From NCBI GenBank assembly GCA_965249135.1, contig OZ252220.1, forward strand, positions 864,001 to 928,000: 64,000 nt of DNA. Reading direction: 5' to 3'. Of this stretch, positions 13,214-24,033 are shown piece by piece; the stretch's first letter is position 1; the number at the start of each line of letters is the position of its first letter. The translations under genes were made by a program, and so were the position numbers. The DNA is from Alphaproteobacteria bacterium. Lineage in GTDB: Bacteria > Pseudomonadota > Alphaproteobacteria > GCA-2746255. The notes beneath the pieces were generated by a model that worked only from the letters and a program-made list of their open reading frames with translations, was not told where the DNA came from and searched no databases.

Positions 13214-13948
13214 TTACGCCTTTCCCTCAGACCCGCGCGCCAGCACCGCACGGAATTCCTCGGAGAATCCCTCGATGCGGTTTGCGTATTTATTAAGCTC
13301 GTTCGAAATCTTGTTGAAGGCGATGACCGCCGGGATGGCAGCCACCAGCCCCATCGCCGTCGCAAAGAGCGCCTCGGCGATGCCAGGGGCTACGACCGCA
13401 AGCGACGTGTTCTTCGAAATCGCGATCGACTGGAAGCTGTTCATGATTCCCCAGACGGTGCCGAAGAGACCAATGAAGGGCGCCGTCGAACCGACGGAGG
13501 CAAGGAAGGTGAGGTGGCGTTCCAGCCCCTCCATCTCGCGGCCAAGGACCAGGCGCATCGCGCGTTCGACCCGCTGCAACACGGTGCCGGTCCGCCCCTC
13601 CTTTGCCGACTGGCCGTCCCCGGTCGCCCCTTTCCATTCCCGCATGCCGGCGCCGAACACCGCCGACATCGGGTCCTGCGGGTTGAGACCGACGCGCTCG
13701 TAAAGCTTCACAAGCGATCCGCCGGCCCAGAAGGATTCCTCGAAACGGTCGGCAATCCCACGCAACCGGCGCAGCTTCAGAAGCTTGTCGAAGATGATCG
13801 CCCAACTCCAGAAGGACGCCGCAAGCAACAACAGCATGACCAATTTGACGATGGGATCCGCCTGTATGAACAGGGTCCACACCGACATATCCGTCGCGGC
13901 TATCGATTGACCCACGGCAACGGATTCAATGATCTCGTTTTCCATCAA
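13214..13948 (-). CDS. tolQ: TolQ
   Basis: GSTAPFIGLFGTVWGIM and VAPGIAEALFATAMGL motifs. Confidence 0.96.
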   Translation of the reverse strand: MMENEIIESVAVGQSIAATDMSVWTLFIQADPIVKLVMLLLLAASFWSWAIIFDKLLKLRRLRGIADRFEESFWAGGSLVKLYERVGLNPQDPMSAVFGAGMREWKGATGDGQSAKEGRTGTVLQRVERAMRLVLGREMEGLERHLTFLASVGSTAPFIGLFGTVWGIMNSFQSIAISKNTSLAVVAPGIAEALFATAMGLVAAIPAVIAFNKISNELNKYANRIEGFSEEFRAVLARGSEGKA

Positions 13949-14394
13949 GCACTCCGTCTCATCTTGGATAGGGGTTGGGATGCGAAGGCGTTCAAGGCAT
14001 CCCGTAATTCCACCGGCATGCGGGCGACCTTTCCATCCTCACGAATGCACGCGATGCGCACCTGAAGGCGGACCAGCGCTTCGCCGTCCCGCCGGACCGT
14101 CTGCTCTACCTTCAGGCTCGCGCCGCGAAGGTTAAGAAGGCGTGTCTCGACGTCGAGCAGATCGTCAAGGCGCGCCGGCATCCGGTAATCGATGGTGCAG
14201 TTCCGAACCACGAAGGCGAATCCAAAGCGTTCCTCCCAGCGATCGAAACCAAGGCTTCTCAGGAATTCCGTGCGGGCGCGCTCGGCAAACTTCAAATAGT
14301 TCGCGTAATAGACCATGCCGACATTATCCGTGTCCTCGTAATAGACGCGCACGGAAAAGTGGTGGACGCCCTTAGGCTTATGCGCTTGCGTCAT
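13945..14394 (-). CDS. ybgC: Tol-pal-associated acyl-CoA thioesterase
   Basis: [25 protein letters not shown]. Confidence 0.9.
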   Translation of the reverse strand: MTQAHKPKGVHHFSVRVYYEDTDNVGMVYYANYLKFAERARTEFLRSLGFDRWEERFGFAFVVRNCTIDYRMPARLDDLLDVETRLLNLRGASLKVEQTVRRDGEALVRLQVRIACIREDGKVARMPVELRDALNAFASQPLSKMRRSA

Positions 14395-15440
14395 GCGCCC
14401 TCGCCTTCCTTGCTGGTATCCAGCAGGTCGAACTGGGCGATCGTCTTCGGCGCCTCCAGGCCCAGGTGACGGTAGGCCAGCGCCGTGAGGACGCGCCCGC
14501 GCGGTGTGCGCTGGATGAAGCCCTGCTGAATAAGAAAGGGCTCGATCACTTCCTCGATCGTGTCGCGCTCTTCGGAAAGGCTGGCGGAAAGCGTCTCGAC
14601 GCCGACCGGCCCGCCGCCGTAATGCTCGGCGATGCGCGCAATGTAACGGCGGTCCATCGCGTCGAGGCCAAGGTGATCGACCTCGAGTTGGCGAAGCGCT
14701 GCGTCCGCGGCTTGCGCATCGATCGACGTCACGCCGCCGACGGCGGCGAAGTCACGGACGCGGCGAAGCAGCCGGGTGGCGACCCTGGGCGTTCCCCGCG
14801 AACGCCTGGCGATTTCCTTAGCCCCGTCCGGCGTCAGGCGCATCGAGAGGACTTCCGCACCCCTTCGCACGATGGTCTCCAGCTCGGGCGGCTCGTAAAA
14901 GGTAAGGCGCAACGGAATGCCGAAGCGTTCCCGAAGCGGCGACGTGATCAGGCCGGAGCGTGTCGTCGCCCCGATCAGGGTAAAGGGCGGAAGGTCGATG
15001 CGCACGCTGCGCGCCGCCGGCCCCTCGCCGATCATCAGGTCCAGCTGGAAGTCCTCCATCGCCGGGTAGAGGATTTCCTCGACGGCCGGGTTCAGGCGAT
15101 GGATTTCGTCGATGAACAGGACGTCCCTGGGTTCCAGATTCGAAAGCACCGCCGCTAGGTCGCCGGCGCGCACGATGACCGGGCCCGAGCTTGCCCGAAA
15201 GCCGACCCCCAATTCGCGGGCGACGATCTGGGCAAGGGTCGTCTTGCCCAAGCCCGGCGGTCCATGGAAAAGGACATGATCGAGCGCTTCTTTGCGGTCA
15301 CGCGCAGCATCGATGAAGACGCTTAAATTCTTGCAAAGCGCTGCCTGACCGATGAACTCGGCGAGCCTTTGTGGCCGCAGCGACGCCTCCGGCGCATCTT
15401 GAGGCGCGGCCTCTCCTTTGACGAGGCGATCCTCGCTCAC
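14391..15440 (-). CDS. ruvB: Holliday junction branch migration helicase RuvB
   Basis: [36 protein letters not shown]. Confidence 0.97.
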   Translation of the reverse strand: MSEDRLVKGEAAPQDAPEASLRPQRLAEFIGQAALCKNLSVFIDAARDRKEALDHVLFHGPPGLGKTTLAQIVARELGVGFRASSGPVIVRAGDLAAVLSNLEPRDVLFIDEIHRLNPAVEEILYPAMEDFQLDLMIGEGPAARSVRIDLPPFTLIGATTRSGLITSPLRERFGIPLRLTFYEPPELETIVRRGAEVLSMRLTPDGAKEIARRSRGTPRVATRLLRRVRDFAAVGGVTSIDAQAADAALRQLEVDHLGLDAMDRRYIARIAEHYGGGPVGVETLSASLSEERDTIEEVIEPFLIQQGFIQRTPRGRVLTALAYRHLGLEAPKTIAQFDLLDTSKEGEGA

Positions 15441-16039
15441 GAGGCAAGCTCCTTGAGACCGGCCCGGATCAACGCCTCAACCGGCGCCTTGGGGCCCAGC
15501 CCCTGCCGCGCCCGGGTGACGGCGCCATAGGCTTCGTCGCGCCGGTAGTTCAAATTGACGAGCGCCGAAACCGCATCCTTTGCTGCCCCGTCCGCGACCT
15601 CGCCCATCCCCCTTATGCCCGCGAGTCCCGTGGGCAGATCGCCGGCCTTCTCTTTTAATTCGCTCACGATGCGCCCGGCAAGCTTCGCGCCGACCCCTTG
15701 CGCTTCCGTAAGCGCCTGCGCATCCGCGGCCGCGATGACTTGGGCAAGCTCAAAGGGGGCGCGCACGGAAAGGATGGCCAGCGCCACCTTCGCGCCGACG
15801 CCCTGCACGGTGTGGAGAAGCCGAAACCAGTCCCGTTCCGGCGCGTCGACGAAGCCGTAAAGGTGGATGTGGTCTTCCCGCACATGGGTCTCGATAAAAA
15901 GCATGACGCGTTCGCCAATGCGCGGCAGGGAACGAAGCGTGCGCGCAGACGCAAAGACCAGATAGCCGACGCCGGCGACGTCGACGACGAGACGGTCCTC
16001 GTCGGCCGAATCCAGAAGGCCGGCCAGTTTCGCGATCAT
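15437..16039 (-). CDS. ruvA: Holliday junction binding protein RuvA
   Basis: Start re-set to MIAKLAG (ATG at 16039, overlapping ruvC stop); DVAGVGY, HVRED..LYGF, VQGVGAK. Confidence 0.95.
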   Translation of the reverse strand: MIAKLAGLLDSADEDRLVVDVAGVGYLVFASARTLRSLPRIGERVMLFIETHVREDHIHLYGFVDAPERDWFRLLHTVQGVGAKVALAILSVRAPFELAQVIAAADAQALTEAQGVGAKLAGRIVSELKEKAGDLPTGLAGIRGMGEVADGAAKDAVSALVNLNYRRDEAYGAVTRARQGLGPKAPVEALIRAGLKELAS

Positions 16040-16548
16040 GCGGACGCCCTTTCTTTCATCGCTTTCGCCCAGCGCGTATTCGTCTCCCGATGGTGGGCGT
16101 GGCACACCGCCACCGCCAGCGCATCCGCGGCGTCGGCCGTTTCCAGCTTCGCACCTGGCAGGAGCGTGCGCACCATCATCGTCACCTGTTCCTTCGTGGC
16201 GTGACCGTTGCCGACGATTGCCTTCTTGATCAGGTTCGCCGAATATTCGGCGACGTCCAGCCCTGCCTTCGCCGGCGCCAGCAGCACGACCCCGCGGGCA
16301 AGCCCGAGTTTCAGCGTCGAGGCGGGATTGCGGTTGACGAAGGTCTCCTCGACGGCCGCCCCTTCCGGAGCAAATTCCGCGATCACCTCGCAAAGCCCAC
16401 CGTAAAGCTGAACCAGGCGCTGGGCCAAGGGTGCCGTCACATCGAGGCGGACGACCCCATCGTCCACATGGGTAAGCCGGTTGCCCTCAACGTCGATCAC
16501 GCCCCATCCGGTGTAACGGATGCCCGGGTCGAGACCAAGGAGTCGCAT
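16036..16548 (-). CDS. ruvC: Crossover junction endodeoxyribonuclease RuvC
   Basis: [32 protein letters not shown]; alternative GTG start at 16554. Confidence 0.95.
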   Translation of the reverse strand: MRLLGLDPGIRYTGWGVIDVEGNRLTHVDDGVVRLDVTAPLAQRLVQLYGGLCEVIAEFAPEGAAVEETFVNRNPASTLKLGLARGVVLLAPAKAGLDVAEYSANLIKKAIVGNGHATKEQVTMMVRTLLPGAKLETADAADALAVAVCHAHHRETNTRWAKAMKERASA

Positions 16549-16575
16549 GTCCACCCCTCTGGCTATCCTAGCCGT

Positions 16576-17325
16576 TTAAGCGCTCAACCTCGCGATGATC
16601 GCGTCGGAAACTTCGTAATTCGCCGAGACTGTCTGCACGTCGTCGTTGTCTTCAAGGGCGGCGATCAGGCGAAAGAGCTTTTCCGCATCCCTTTCGCCGA
16701 CCTTCGTCGTCGTCGTCGGCCTCCAGACGAGCCCGGCGCGCTCGGGACTTCCGAATTTCGTCTCGAGCCCTGCGCGTAAATTATTGAAATCCTCCGGCGC
16801 GCAACTAATTTCGTGAAGGGCGGCGTCCGTCACGATGTCCGCGGCCCCTGCCTCGATGGCCGCTTCGAAGAGCGCGCTTTCCGAAACCGTTGCCGCCGCG
16901 TAACAAATGAGCCCTGCGCGCTCGAACTGGAAGCTCACGCTGTTCGTCTCCCCCAGATTGCCGCCATGCTTGCTGAAGGCGGTGCGAAGCTCGGCCGCCG
17001 CCCGGTTGCGGTTGTCCGTCAGCGCCTCGACGATAAGCGCGACGCCGCCCGGCCCATAGCCTTCGTAGCGGATTTCCTCGTAATTTGCGCCTTCCTCGTT
17101 GCCGGCGCCGCGTGCGATCGCGCGTTCCATCCTGTCCTTCGGCAAATTCGCCGCGCGCGCGCCTACGAGCGCACTCCGAAGGCGTGGATTGGCGGCCGGG
17201 TCCGCGCCGCCCTGGCGCGCCGCCACCGTGAGCTCGCGAATGAATTTCGTGAACAATTTGGTGCGCTTCGCATCCTGAGCGCCCTTGCGGTACATGATGT
17301 TCTTGAACTTCGAGTGGCCTGCCAT
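16576..17325 (-). CDS. yebC: YebC/PmpR family protein
   Basis: Starts MAGHSKFKNI (ATG 17325); YEGYGPGG, LTDNRNR, LEDNDDVQ. Confidence 0.95.
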   Translation of the reverse strand: MAGHSKFKNIMYRKGAQDAKRTKLFTKFIRELTVAARQGGADPAANPRLRSALVGARAANLPKDRMERAIARGAGNEEGANYEEIRYEGYGPGGVALIVEALTDNRNRAAAELRTAFSKHGGNLGETNSVSFQFERAGLICYAAATVSESALFEAAIEAGAADIVTDAALHEISCAPEDFNNLRAGLETKFGSPERAGLVWRPTTTTKVGERDAEKLFRLIAALEDNDDVQTVSANYEVSDAIIARLSA

Positions 17326-17472
17326 CGTGGGTACGCTAGCCCTAAGGGGTTCAACCGCCATCTATACCAGATGCGGGGGGTCAATGCACGAAAGCGGCCC
17401 GCTTCGCCTGGCTGCCAAGCCCCCGCTGGATGGGCCACCGCGCGTGTGCTGACGCGCCTTAAAAGGGCGCGC

Positions 17473-18294
17473 TCACGCCGCATCCAGCGGCCAGGCAGAG
17501 CTAAGCCGCCCGCCCAGGCGAAGCGGCGCGGCATGGGTCGCAAGTCCGGTTTCCGGGTCCGTCTCGACGTAGAATCCGCACAGCGTCGCCTCGCCGTCGG
17601 CCGGGCTGAACGGCTCGGTCCGCATGGGGCGGAGGAAGCGCTTGATCGAGGCCTCCTTCTTCATGCCGATCACCGAATCGTAGTCCCCGCACATTCCGAT
17701 ATCCGAGATGTACGCGGTGCCGCCCGGCAACACCTGGGCATCCGCCGTCGGCACGTGGGTGTGGGTGCCCGCCACCAGGCTGACGCGCCCGTCCAGGTGA
17801 TGGGCAAACGCCATCTTCTCGCTCGTCGCCTCGGCGTGGATGTCGACGATGATCGCGCCCACCGTGCTGCCCAACCGGTGATTGGCAAGCACCTTCTCGA
17901 CGGCTGCGAACGGATCGTCGACGGACTCCATGAACAAGCGCCCCATCACCTGCACGACGAGCGCGCGTTCGCCATTCGACGTCGGGTAAAGGCCGCTGCC
18001 CAGCCCGGGCGTCGTTTCCGGATAGTTCAAGGGCCGCAGCAGTTTCGGATCGTTATCGATGTAGCCGATGATTTCGCGCTGCGCCCATGCGTGGTTGCCA
18101 AGGGTCAGCACGTCGACGCCGACTTCGTAGAATTCCTGGCACAAACGCTCCGTGATGCCGAAGCCGCCGGCCGCGTTTTCCGCATTCACGACGACCAGGT
18201 CCAGCGCCAAGCGCTCGCGAAGTTCCGGGATGCGGCCGTACACCGCCTCGCGTCCCGAGCGCCCCACCACGTCGCCGCAAAAAAGAATCCGCAT
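17473..18294 (-). CDS. YmdB-like metallophosphoesterase (TIGR00282 type)
   Basis: GDVVGRSGR, NAENAAGG, TLGNH, DIHAEATSEK, GTHTHVPTAD. Confidence 0.92.
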   Translation of the reverse strand: MRILFCGDVVGRSGREAVYGRIPELRERLALDLVVVNAENAAGGFGITERLCQEFYEVGVDVLTLGNHAWAQREIIGYIDNDPKLLRPLNYPETTPGLGSGLYPTSNGERALVVQVMGRLFMESVDDPFAAVEKVLANHRLGSTVGAIIVDIHAEATSEKMAFAHHLDGRVSLVAGTHTHVPTADAQVLPGGTAYISDIGMCGDYDSVIGMKKEASIKRFLRPMRTEPFSPADGEATLCGFYVETDPETGLATHAAPLRLGGRLSSAWPLDAA

Positions 18295-18320
18295 GTCTTA
18301 TTCCGCTTCCGCTTCCGTCC

Positions 18321-18896
18321 TTATGGCGTCCTTATGGCTTCGCGTTCCGTAACCACCCAGTCCAGCGCCTCGTCGTCCGCCGCGCGTGGCACAATGGGCA
18401 CTTCCTGGGTCGCATAGGCAAGGCCCACGGCAGTGAGGCGCCCTTGCCCGCGAAGGCTCCGCAGCGTCCGGTCATAATACCCCCCTCCATGGCCGAGCCG
18501 GTGGCCGGATCGATCAAACGCGAGCAGCGGCACCAGAAGCAAGGAGGGCTTGAGCGCCGCGGCCGGGACGGCCGGGACGGGGATGCCGTAAGCACCGGAT
18601 TCCAAAGGGTATCCAGGCCGCCAAGTCCGAAAAATCAAGGCTTCGGTGGTGGCGGCGACGACCGGCAGCGCGCATTTACACCCGGCGCGATCGAGCGCTG
18701 CGAGCAGCACGCGCGGGTCGATCTCGTCCCCGACCGGCCAATAGCCGCCGACGATTGCGCCTTTCTCCCAGGGCACGCGATCCAGGAATCGGGCGGCAAG
18801 TTGTTTCGGGGTCTGCGCATCCGCCGCCTCGGCGGCCGCCTTGCGAAGGGCCTTCGCCTTTTCCCGAACGGTTTCTTTATCGGACCCCGGTGCCAA
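18321..18896 (-). CDS. ygfA: 5-formyltetrahydrofolate cyclo-ligase
   Basis: GYWPVGDEID, VPLLAFDRSGHRLGHGGGYYDRTL. Start moved to TTG 18896 because the longer ORF overlaps 6S RNA. Confidence 0.9.
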   Translation of the reverse strand: MAPGSDKETVREKAKALRKAAAEAADAQTPKQLAARFLDRVPWEKGAIVGGYWPVGDEIDPRVLLAALDRAGCKCALPVVAATTEALIFRTWRPGYPLESGAYGIPVPAVPAAALKPSLLLVPLLAFDRSGHRLGHGGGYYDRTLRSLRGQGRLTAVGLAYATQEVPIVPRAADDEALDWVVTEREAIRTP

Positions 18897-18923
18897 ACTC
18901 GAAAACTTCCTGGAAGGAAAAGT

Positions 18924-19085
18924 GGGTAAAGCTGCGTCAGCCGTTCGGCGCCTTGCATCCTCTGCGACCTGCACTTACAGGTGGGTGCCATATACCGAGA
19001 CCACGGTCCCGGCAGGGACAGCTCCCTTGAGGTAGATATTGGTCCCAGGGATTTCTGCCGCCTGACGGGCTGCGAAGCCTTACCC
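18924..19085 (-). ncRNA. ssrS: 6S RNA
   Basis: Lies between zapA and ygfA (conserved position). Ends pair (GGGTAAGGCT..GCAGCCCGT with ACGGCTGACGCAGCTTTACCC). Contains the alphaproteobacterial 6S core ATCCCTGGG..AAGGGAGCTGTCCCTG..GGCACCCACCT. Confidence 0.88.
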
Positions 19086-19096
19086 GGACTTTCAAT

Positions 19097-19435
19097 CTAT
19101 GCAGAAACGAGCCGGTCGGCAATGTTCTCGATGCGCGCCGCCAACGTATCGAGCTTTGCGGCGATTCGATCCGCGTTTTGCTCGTCAAGCTCGTTGTTTT
19201 CGCTCTTGAGTTTCGCCAGGTCCGCATAGGCATCGGCAAGTTCATCGGCGATCAGGAGGGACACCATGACGAGCAGGCGCGCATCGCCGATCTGGCCGAC
19301 GGACGTAATCAACTCTTCGATCCGCTTGTCGACGAAGGAGGCGAGCCGTTCGAGATGTTCTTCCTGGCCATTGTCGCAGGCGATGTCGTAGCCGCGGCCA
19401 TTGATCTCCACCTTTACCTGGGCCATCTCACTCAC
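19097..19435 (-). CDS. zapA: Cell division protein ZapA
   Basis: VEINGRGYDIACDNGQEEHL..GQIGDARLLVM..LIADEL. Confidence 0.93.
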   Translation of the reverse strand: MSEMAQVKVEINGRGYDIACDNGQEEHLERLASFVDKRIEELITSVGQIGDARLLVMVSLLIADELADAYADLAKLKSENNELDEQNADRIAAKLDTLAARIENIADRLVSA

Positions 19436-19712
19436 CCAAGGTGCGTTGCAACCGGTGGATCGCCGAATCGAGACGCACGGTGACGTTGCGAATCTCTTCG
19501 CGCATCTCGTCGCCTTCCGATTTTGCGATGCTGCCTTCCGCCTCTGCGATGGACGTCACGGCCGACGTGTTCGAGGATGGCAGGTTCGAGGATGGCAGGT
19601 TCGAGGATGGCAGGCTCGCGGACGGCAGGGCCGGTTCGCGGGTGGCGAGCGCCGTTTCAAGCCGGGCGACGGCACGCTCCAACCGCTTCTCAGCTGCTCC
19701 CATATCCGCCAC
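19428..19712 (-). CDS. Coiled-coil protein upstream of zapA (DUF4164-like) with internal LPSSN repeats
   Basis: RLERAVARLETAL and RLDSAIHRLQRTLGE ends, conserved position. Confidence 0.7.
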   Translation of the reverse strand: MADMGAAEKRLERAVARLETALATREPALPSASLPSSNLPSSNLPSSNTSAVTSIAEAEGSIAKSEGDEMREEIRNVTVRLDSAIHRLQRTLGE

Positions 19713-19971
19713 CGCTCAACCCCGGCCTTTTTTGGATTTTCTCTACGCGCGCCCCTGCTTCGCGTGGCAGGATACGCCTTGCCTCCTTTCGCCGTCAACC
19801 GCGGGCCCCACCGGTTGACGCGCATCGAAGGGGGCGGCATTTTCCAGGCAGGCCCCGCCTGAGGCGACATACGATATACATACTATATAAAGTGAGGGGC
19901 ACGCCGTCGGCACTTGGGCGACAGGGAACACTTGGGCGACCTTGGGCGACAGGGAAAAGGAAACCGTAACG

Positions 19972-20979
19972 ATGACGGTTCGGGTTGGAATCAACGGATT
20001 TGGCAGGATCGGACGCTTGGCCCTTCGCGCCATCGCCGAAAGCTCACGGAACGACGTCGTCGTCGTCGGCGTGAACGATTTGGGCTCGGTCGAGACGAAC
20101 GTCCATCTGCTTCGCTACGATTCGATCCATGGGCCCTTCCCCGGCGAGGTGACGATGAACGGCGTTTGCATGGACATCGGCCAGGGGCCGATCCGGGTAA
20201 CGGCGGAACGCGAACCCGCCAAGCTTGCCTGGGGCAAGCTCGGCGTCGACGTCGTCATGGAATGCACCGGGCGCTTCCGGAAACGGGCCCAGGCCGCGCT
20301 CCATCTGGAGGCAGGCGCCGCAAGGGTTCTGGTTTCGGCGCCGGCGAACGATACCGATCTGACGGTCGTCTACGGGGTCAATCATGACCGGTTGGAGCCT
20401 TCGATGACGGTGATCTCGAACGCCTCCTGCACGACGAACTGTCTGGCCCCCGTCGCCGACGTGCTGCACAAGACGGTCGGCATCGAACAGGGATTCATGA
20501 CGACGGTCCATGCCTACACGGCGGATCAACACCTCGTCGATGGCCTGCACACGGATCTGCGGCGGGCTCGCGCCGCGGGCATCTCCATGATCCCGACCTC
20601 GACGGGCGCGGCGCGGGCCGTCGGCCTCGTTTTGCCAGAGTTGAAGGGAAAGCTCGACGGCACGGCGATCCGGGTGCCGACGGCGAACGTCTCGATGGTC
20701 GACCTTACCTTCGTCGCTTCCCGAAAAACCTCCGTCGAAGAAATCAACGGCGCCATGGTGGCGGCGGCGGAAGGACGGCTGAAGGGCGTGCTCGCCACGA
20801 ACGACGTGCCGCTCGTGTCTGCCGACTTCAATCACACCTCCCATAGCGCCATCTTCGATCTGTCCGAGACTCAAGCGATCGAGGGCAAGCTCGCCCGCGT
20901 GCTTGCCTGGTACGACAACGAGTGGGGATTCGCGAACCGCATGCTGGACACGGCGGCCTATATGGGGAACCTCGAATAG
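19972..20979 (+). CDS. gap: Type I glyceraldehyde-3-phosphate dehydrogenase
   Basis: [31 protein letters not shown]. Confidence 0.96.
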   Translation: MTVRVGINGFGRIGRLALRAIAESSRNDVVVVGVNDLGSVETNVHLLRYDSIHGPFPGEVTMNGVCMDIGQGPIRVTAEREPAKLAWGKLGVDVVMECTGRFRKRAQAALHLEAGAARVLVSAPANDTDLTVVYGVNHDRLEPSMTVISNASCTTNCLAPVADVLHKTVGIEQGFMTTVHAYTADQHLVDGLHTDLRRARAAGISMIPTSTGAARAVGLVLPELKGKLDGTAIRVPTANVSMVDLTFVASRKTSVEEINGAMVAAAEGRLKGVLATNDVPLVSADFNHTSHSAIFDLSETQAIEGKLARVLAWYDNEWGFANRMLDTAAYMGNLE

Positions 20980-20981
20980 GC

Positions 20982-21392
20982 ATGGCGCGTGGCACCCTGA
21001 TCGTCCACGACCTCCCCCAGGCCTTGGCCGCGCTGGCCGCCGCGAAGAAGCTGAAGCAGGCGATCACGCTCCGCACCCCTTACGGGGCCGCCAGTTGCGC
21101 CGGCGCCGGCTACTTCCAGAAGGTGGCCGAGCTTGCCCGGCGCGAATACCCCGAGGTGGACGCCCACTTCGTGCTCGATTGCGGCGCCTCCCCCGGCCAG
21201 GCGCTCGGCGCCATTCGCATCGGCTGGAAGCGGATCCGGCTCGAGGCGAAGAAGGCGGCGCTCGCCAAGGTGCTCGACATCGCTACCCAAGCCGACGCCG
21301 CGCTCGACGACGAGGGCGCGCCCGTGCTCGACCTTCTGGAAACGGCGGAGCCGGAAAAAGCCGCCATTAAGTGGCTTCAACACCGCGGATAG
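20982..21392 (+). CDS. Conserved hypothetical protein upstream of class I aldolase
   Basis: ATG 2 nt after gap stop, host-like codon use, FVLDCGASPGQALGAIRIG segment. Confidence 0.65.
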   Translation: MARGTLIVHDLPQALAALAAAKKLKQAITLRTPYGAASCAGAGYFQKVAELARREYPEVDAHFVLDCGASPGQALGAIRIGWKRIRLEAKKAALAKVLDIATQADAALDDEGAPVLDLLETAEPEKAAIKWLQHRG

Positions 21393-21433
21393 GCTATGAA
21401 GTGCAAGGAATTGCAACGAAGCCTAGTTTCGTC

Positions 21434-22357
21434 ATGAAACTTACCAAGCGCGTTCAGGAGATCCTCGCGGCCTATGAAGGCGAAAGCCGCGACACCAAGG
21501 AAAACCTCGCGCGCATCCTGATGCATGGCCGTCTCGGCGGGACCGGCCGGCTCGTCATCCTGCCGGTCGATCAGGGCTTCGAACATGGGCCGGCGCGCAG
21601 TTTCGCGCCCAACCCGGATGCCTACGATCCCCACTACCACTACCGCCTAGCGATCGATGCCGGGCTTTCGGCCTATGCCGCACCCTTGGGGCTGATCGAG
21701 GCCGGCGTCGACAGCTTCGGCGACCAGATCCCGACGATCTTGAAGCTGAACAGCGCGAACAGCCTCAACCGGGCGAAGGAAATGGCGGATCAGGCGGTGA
21801 CGGGATCCATCGAGGACGCGCTCAGGCTTGGTTGCTCGGCGGTCGGTTTTACGATCTACCCGGGCGCGGACGCGGCCTATGGCATGTTCGAAGAACTGCG
21901 CGAGCTGGCGCGCGAGGCGAAGAAGATGGGGCTTGCCGTCGTCGTCTGGTCCTACCCGCGCGGCGGCAACCTGTCGAAGGATGGCGAGACGGCGATCGAT
22001 GTCGTCGCCTATGCCGCCCACATGGCCTGCCTGCTTGGCGCCAATCTCGTGAAGGTGAAGCTGCCGACGGCGCACCTGGAATTGGACGCCGCCAAGAAGG
22101 TCTACGAAGCAACGCGGATCGACATTGCCACCCTTGCCGCCCGGGTGCGTCACGTCGTCGAATGCTGCTTTAAGGGCCGGCGCCTCGTCGTCTTTTCCGG
22201 CGGCGCGTCGAAGGATCTCGACGGCCTCTATGAAGAGGCCCGCGCGGTCCGCGACGGTGGCGGCACCGGCTCGATCATCGGGCGCAACACCTTCCAAAGG
22301 CCGCGTGAAGAGGCCCTGAAGATGCTGGACACGGTCATCGGGATTTACCAGGACTAG
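21434..22357 (+). CDS. fbaB: Class I fructose-bisphosphate aldolase
   Basis: [37 protein letters not shown]. Confidence 0.93.
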   Translation: MKLTKRVQEILAAYEGESRDTKENLARILMHGRLGGTGRLVILPVDQGFEHGPARSFAPNPDAYDPHYHYRLAIDAGLSAYAAPLGLIEAGVDSFGDQIPTILKLNSANSLNRAKEMADQAVTGSIEDALRLGCSAVGFTIYPGADAAYGMFEELRELAREAKKMGLAVVVWSYPRGGNLSKDGETAIDVVAYAAHMACLLGANLVKVKLPTAHLELDAAKKVYEATRIDIATLAARVRHVVECCFKGRRLVVFSGGASKDLDGLYEEARAVRDGGGTGSIIGRNTFQRPREEALKMLDTVIGIYQD

Positions 22358-22361
22358 CCGG

Positions 22362-23021
22362 ATTCAAACCCATCACACCCGTCTTTATCTTCTCACCCCG
22401 CCGAACATCGACCCACAGGCGTTTGCCGAAAGATTAGCCGAAGCGTTGAAAGCGGGCGACGTCGCCTGCCTGCAATTGCGCCTGAAGGAAGCCTCCGACG
22501 ACGCGATCCGTGACGCCGTGAAGACGCTTCTGCCCCTCTGCCACGCCCACGAGGTGCCGCTCATCGTCAACGACCGGGCCGACCTTGCCAACCAGACGGG
22601 CGCAGACGGCGTCCATGTCGGCCAGCGGGACATGGCCTGCGCGAAGGCCCGCGAAATCGTGGGCGAAGAGGCGATCGTCGGCGTTACCTGCCACGATTCG
22701 CGTCATCTTGCGATCCTCGCCGCCGAGGCCGGCGCCGACTACGTTGCCTTCGGCGCCTTCTATCCGACGACGAAGGACACGAAATACCACCCGAACCCCG
22801 AGATCCTCGAATGGTGGAGCGAGACGACGACGGTGCCGTGTGTCGCCATCGGCGGCATCACGCCGGAGAATTGCGCGCCGCTCGTCGCCGCAGGCGCCGA
22901 TTTCCTCGCCGTGCTCCGCGGCGTCTGGGACCACGCGCAGGGCCCGGCGGAAGCGGTCCGCGCCTTCAACCGGGCGATCCGCAAAGCCGCCGATGCGCCG
23001 CCGCCGCCGGAGGCCGCGTGA
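22362..23021 (+). CDS. thiE: Thiamine-phosphate synthase (probable ATT start)
   Basis: [48 protein letters not shown]. Confidence 0.9.
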   Translation: MQTHHTRLYLLTPPNIDPQAFAERLAEALKAGDVACLQLRLKEASDDAIRDAVKTLLPLCHAHEVPLIVNDRADLANQTGADGVHVGQRDMACAKAREIVGEEAIVGVTCHDSRHLAILAAEAGADYVAFGAFYPTTKDTKYHPNPEILEWWSETTTVPCVAIGGITPENCAPLVAAGADFLAVLRGVWDHAQGPAEAVRAFNRAIRKAADAPPPPEAA

Positions 23022-23041
23022 CGCGGTTTTCCTCTGTGTCT

Positions 23042-23674
23042 TTAAGCTATCTTAAGATAGGGCCGTGGCGTACTAACATCCGGACTATGAGCAAGCTCAT
23101 CGCTCCATTGATGCCAACCTGGGTGTGGGTGGCGAGCAAACAATTCAAGATATGGCCCAGAACTACATGCTTCTACAAGGTCATACAATTCGTCTGGCTT
23201 TCTGCTGTGTTCACGCTTACGTGTTGACAACAAATTCGGCATGGTTCGACCCGGCTGTTTTGTGCGCGCATTCTTACCACGCATACCAAACAAAATGAGT
23301 TCAGTCACGTTACGGAAATAAAAGCCAACCCCCCGTCTATCTGGGCCGCCATCTTTTCGAATTTTAAACCAAATAAGATTCGTCTTATACGTGAAGCCCC
23401 ATCGCTTCATTACTTCAAGGCCCTCTGCAACAAGCGCATTTGGGACCCAAAGGTAGAGATGTGCAGTCGAATTAGCCAACCGAGCTATGGAAAGCTCCAG
23501 AATATCCGTTAGATTCATTGTTGAATAACGAGACAATCGCCTGTGCTCTGGAGCCATTTTTCCAGTTCGATTCGTAAATTGCCAAGGAGGATCCACCAAA
23601 ACTGTCGAAAACTTTTGTCCATTAACAAATGCAATGAGCTCATCAGCCGGCACAATCTCACTAGTCATCGACAT
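23042..23674 (-). CDS. MT-A70 family (N6-adenine) DNA methyltransferase of the resident R-M locus
   Basis: DPPW catalytic motif, HLYLWVPN, GFYFRNVTE, REHSRKP, YLELFAR; low GC; start overlaps the endonuclease stop. Confidence 0.9.
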   Translation of the reverse strand: MSMTSEIVPADELIAFVNGQKFSTVLVDPPWQFTNRTGKMAPEHRRLSRYSTMNLTDILELSIARLANSTAHLYLWVPNALVAEGLEVMKRWGFTYKTNLIWFKIRKDGGPDRRGVGFYFRNVTELILFGMRGKNARTKQPGRTMPNLLSTRKREHSRKPDELYDLVEACSSGPYLELFARHPHPGWHQWSDELAHSPDVSTPRPYLKIA

Positions 23675-23975
23675 ATGCCTCCTGCTTTATTCCAAAAACT
23701 GCAACGGGGCATCCCCCACCTCCCCCACCTTCAATCCTAGGCAGCAATCGACTCATATGAGTGGTTGATGAGCCATACTTTTTGCCTTTTCCAAGATCAT
23801 CGAAGATTTTCTGTAATTCATCGCAACGCGTGACTATAACTCCAACATCAATGGCCCTTAGATCGAATAAAAGCCGAAAGTTGTTTAAATCGCGATCGAA
23901 GAAAGGATCTTTGTTGTTCCACTCGACCTCAAGAGCAACTCGATTCTTAAAACAGTCAACTTTATGTGTGGGGCT
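23661..23975 (-). pseudogene. 3' half of BglII/BstYI-family restriction endonuclease interrupted by IS
   Basis: SPTHKVDCFKNRVALEVEWNNKDPFFDRDL (D..ExE nuclease core); joins in frame to 26712..26972 once the IS and one TSD are removed. Confidence 0.88.
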
Positions 23976-23983
23976 TTCGTAAA
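23976..23983. repeat. Target-site duplication TTCGTAAA (left copy)
   Basis: Identical 8-mer at 26712..26719 directly outside the other TIR. Confidence 0.92.
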
Positions 23984-24008
23984 GGGACTTGCGTAGCAAA
24001 ATCAGCAA
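23984..24008. repeat. Terminal inverted repeat (downstream end of IS)
   Basis: GGGACTTGCGTAGCAAAATCAGCAA, inverted partner at 26687..26711. Confidence 0.9.
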
Positions 24009-24033
24009 GCCGCCGGTTCAAGCCCATAACTAC

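Noticed and set aside
18897-18974. Longer start for ygfA
   Set aside because: Overlaps the 3' stem of the 6S RNA.
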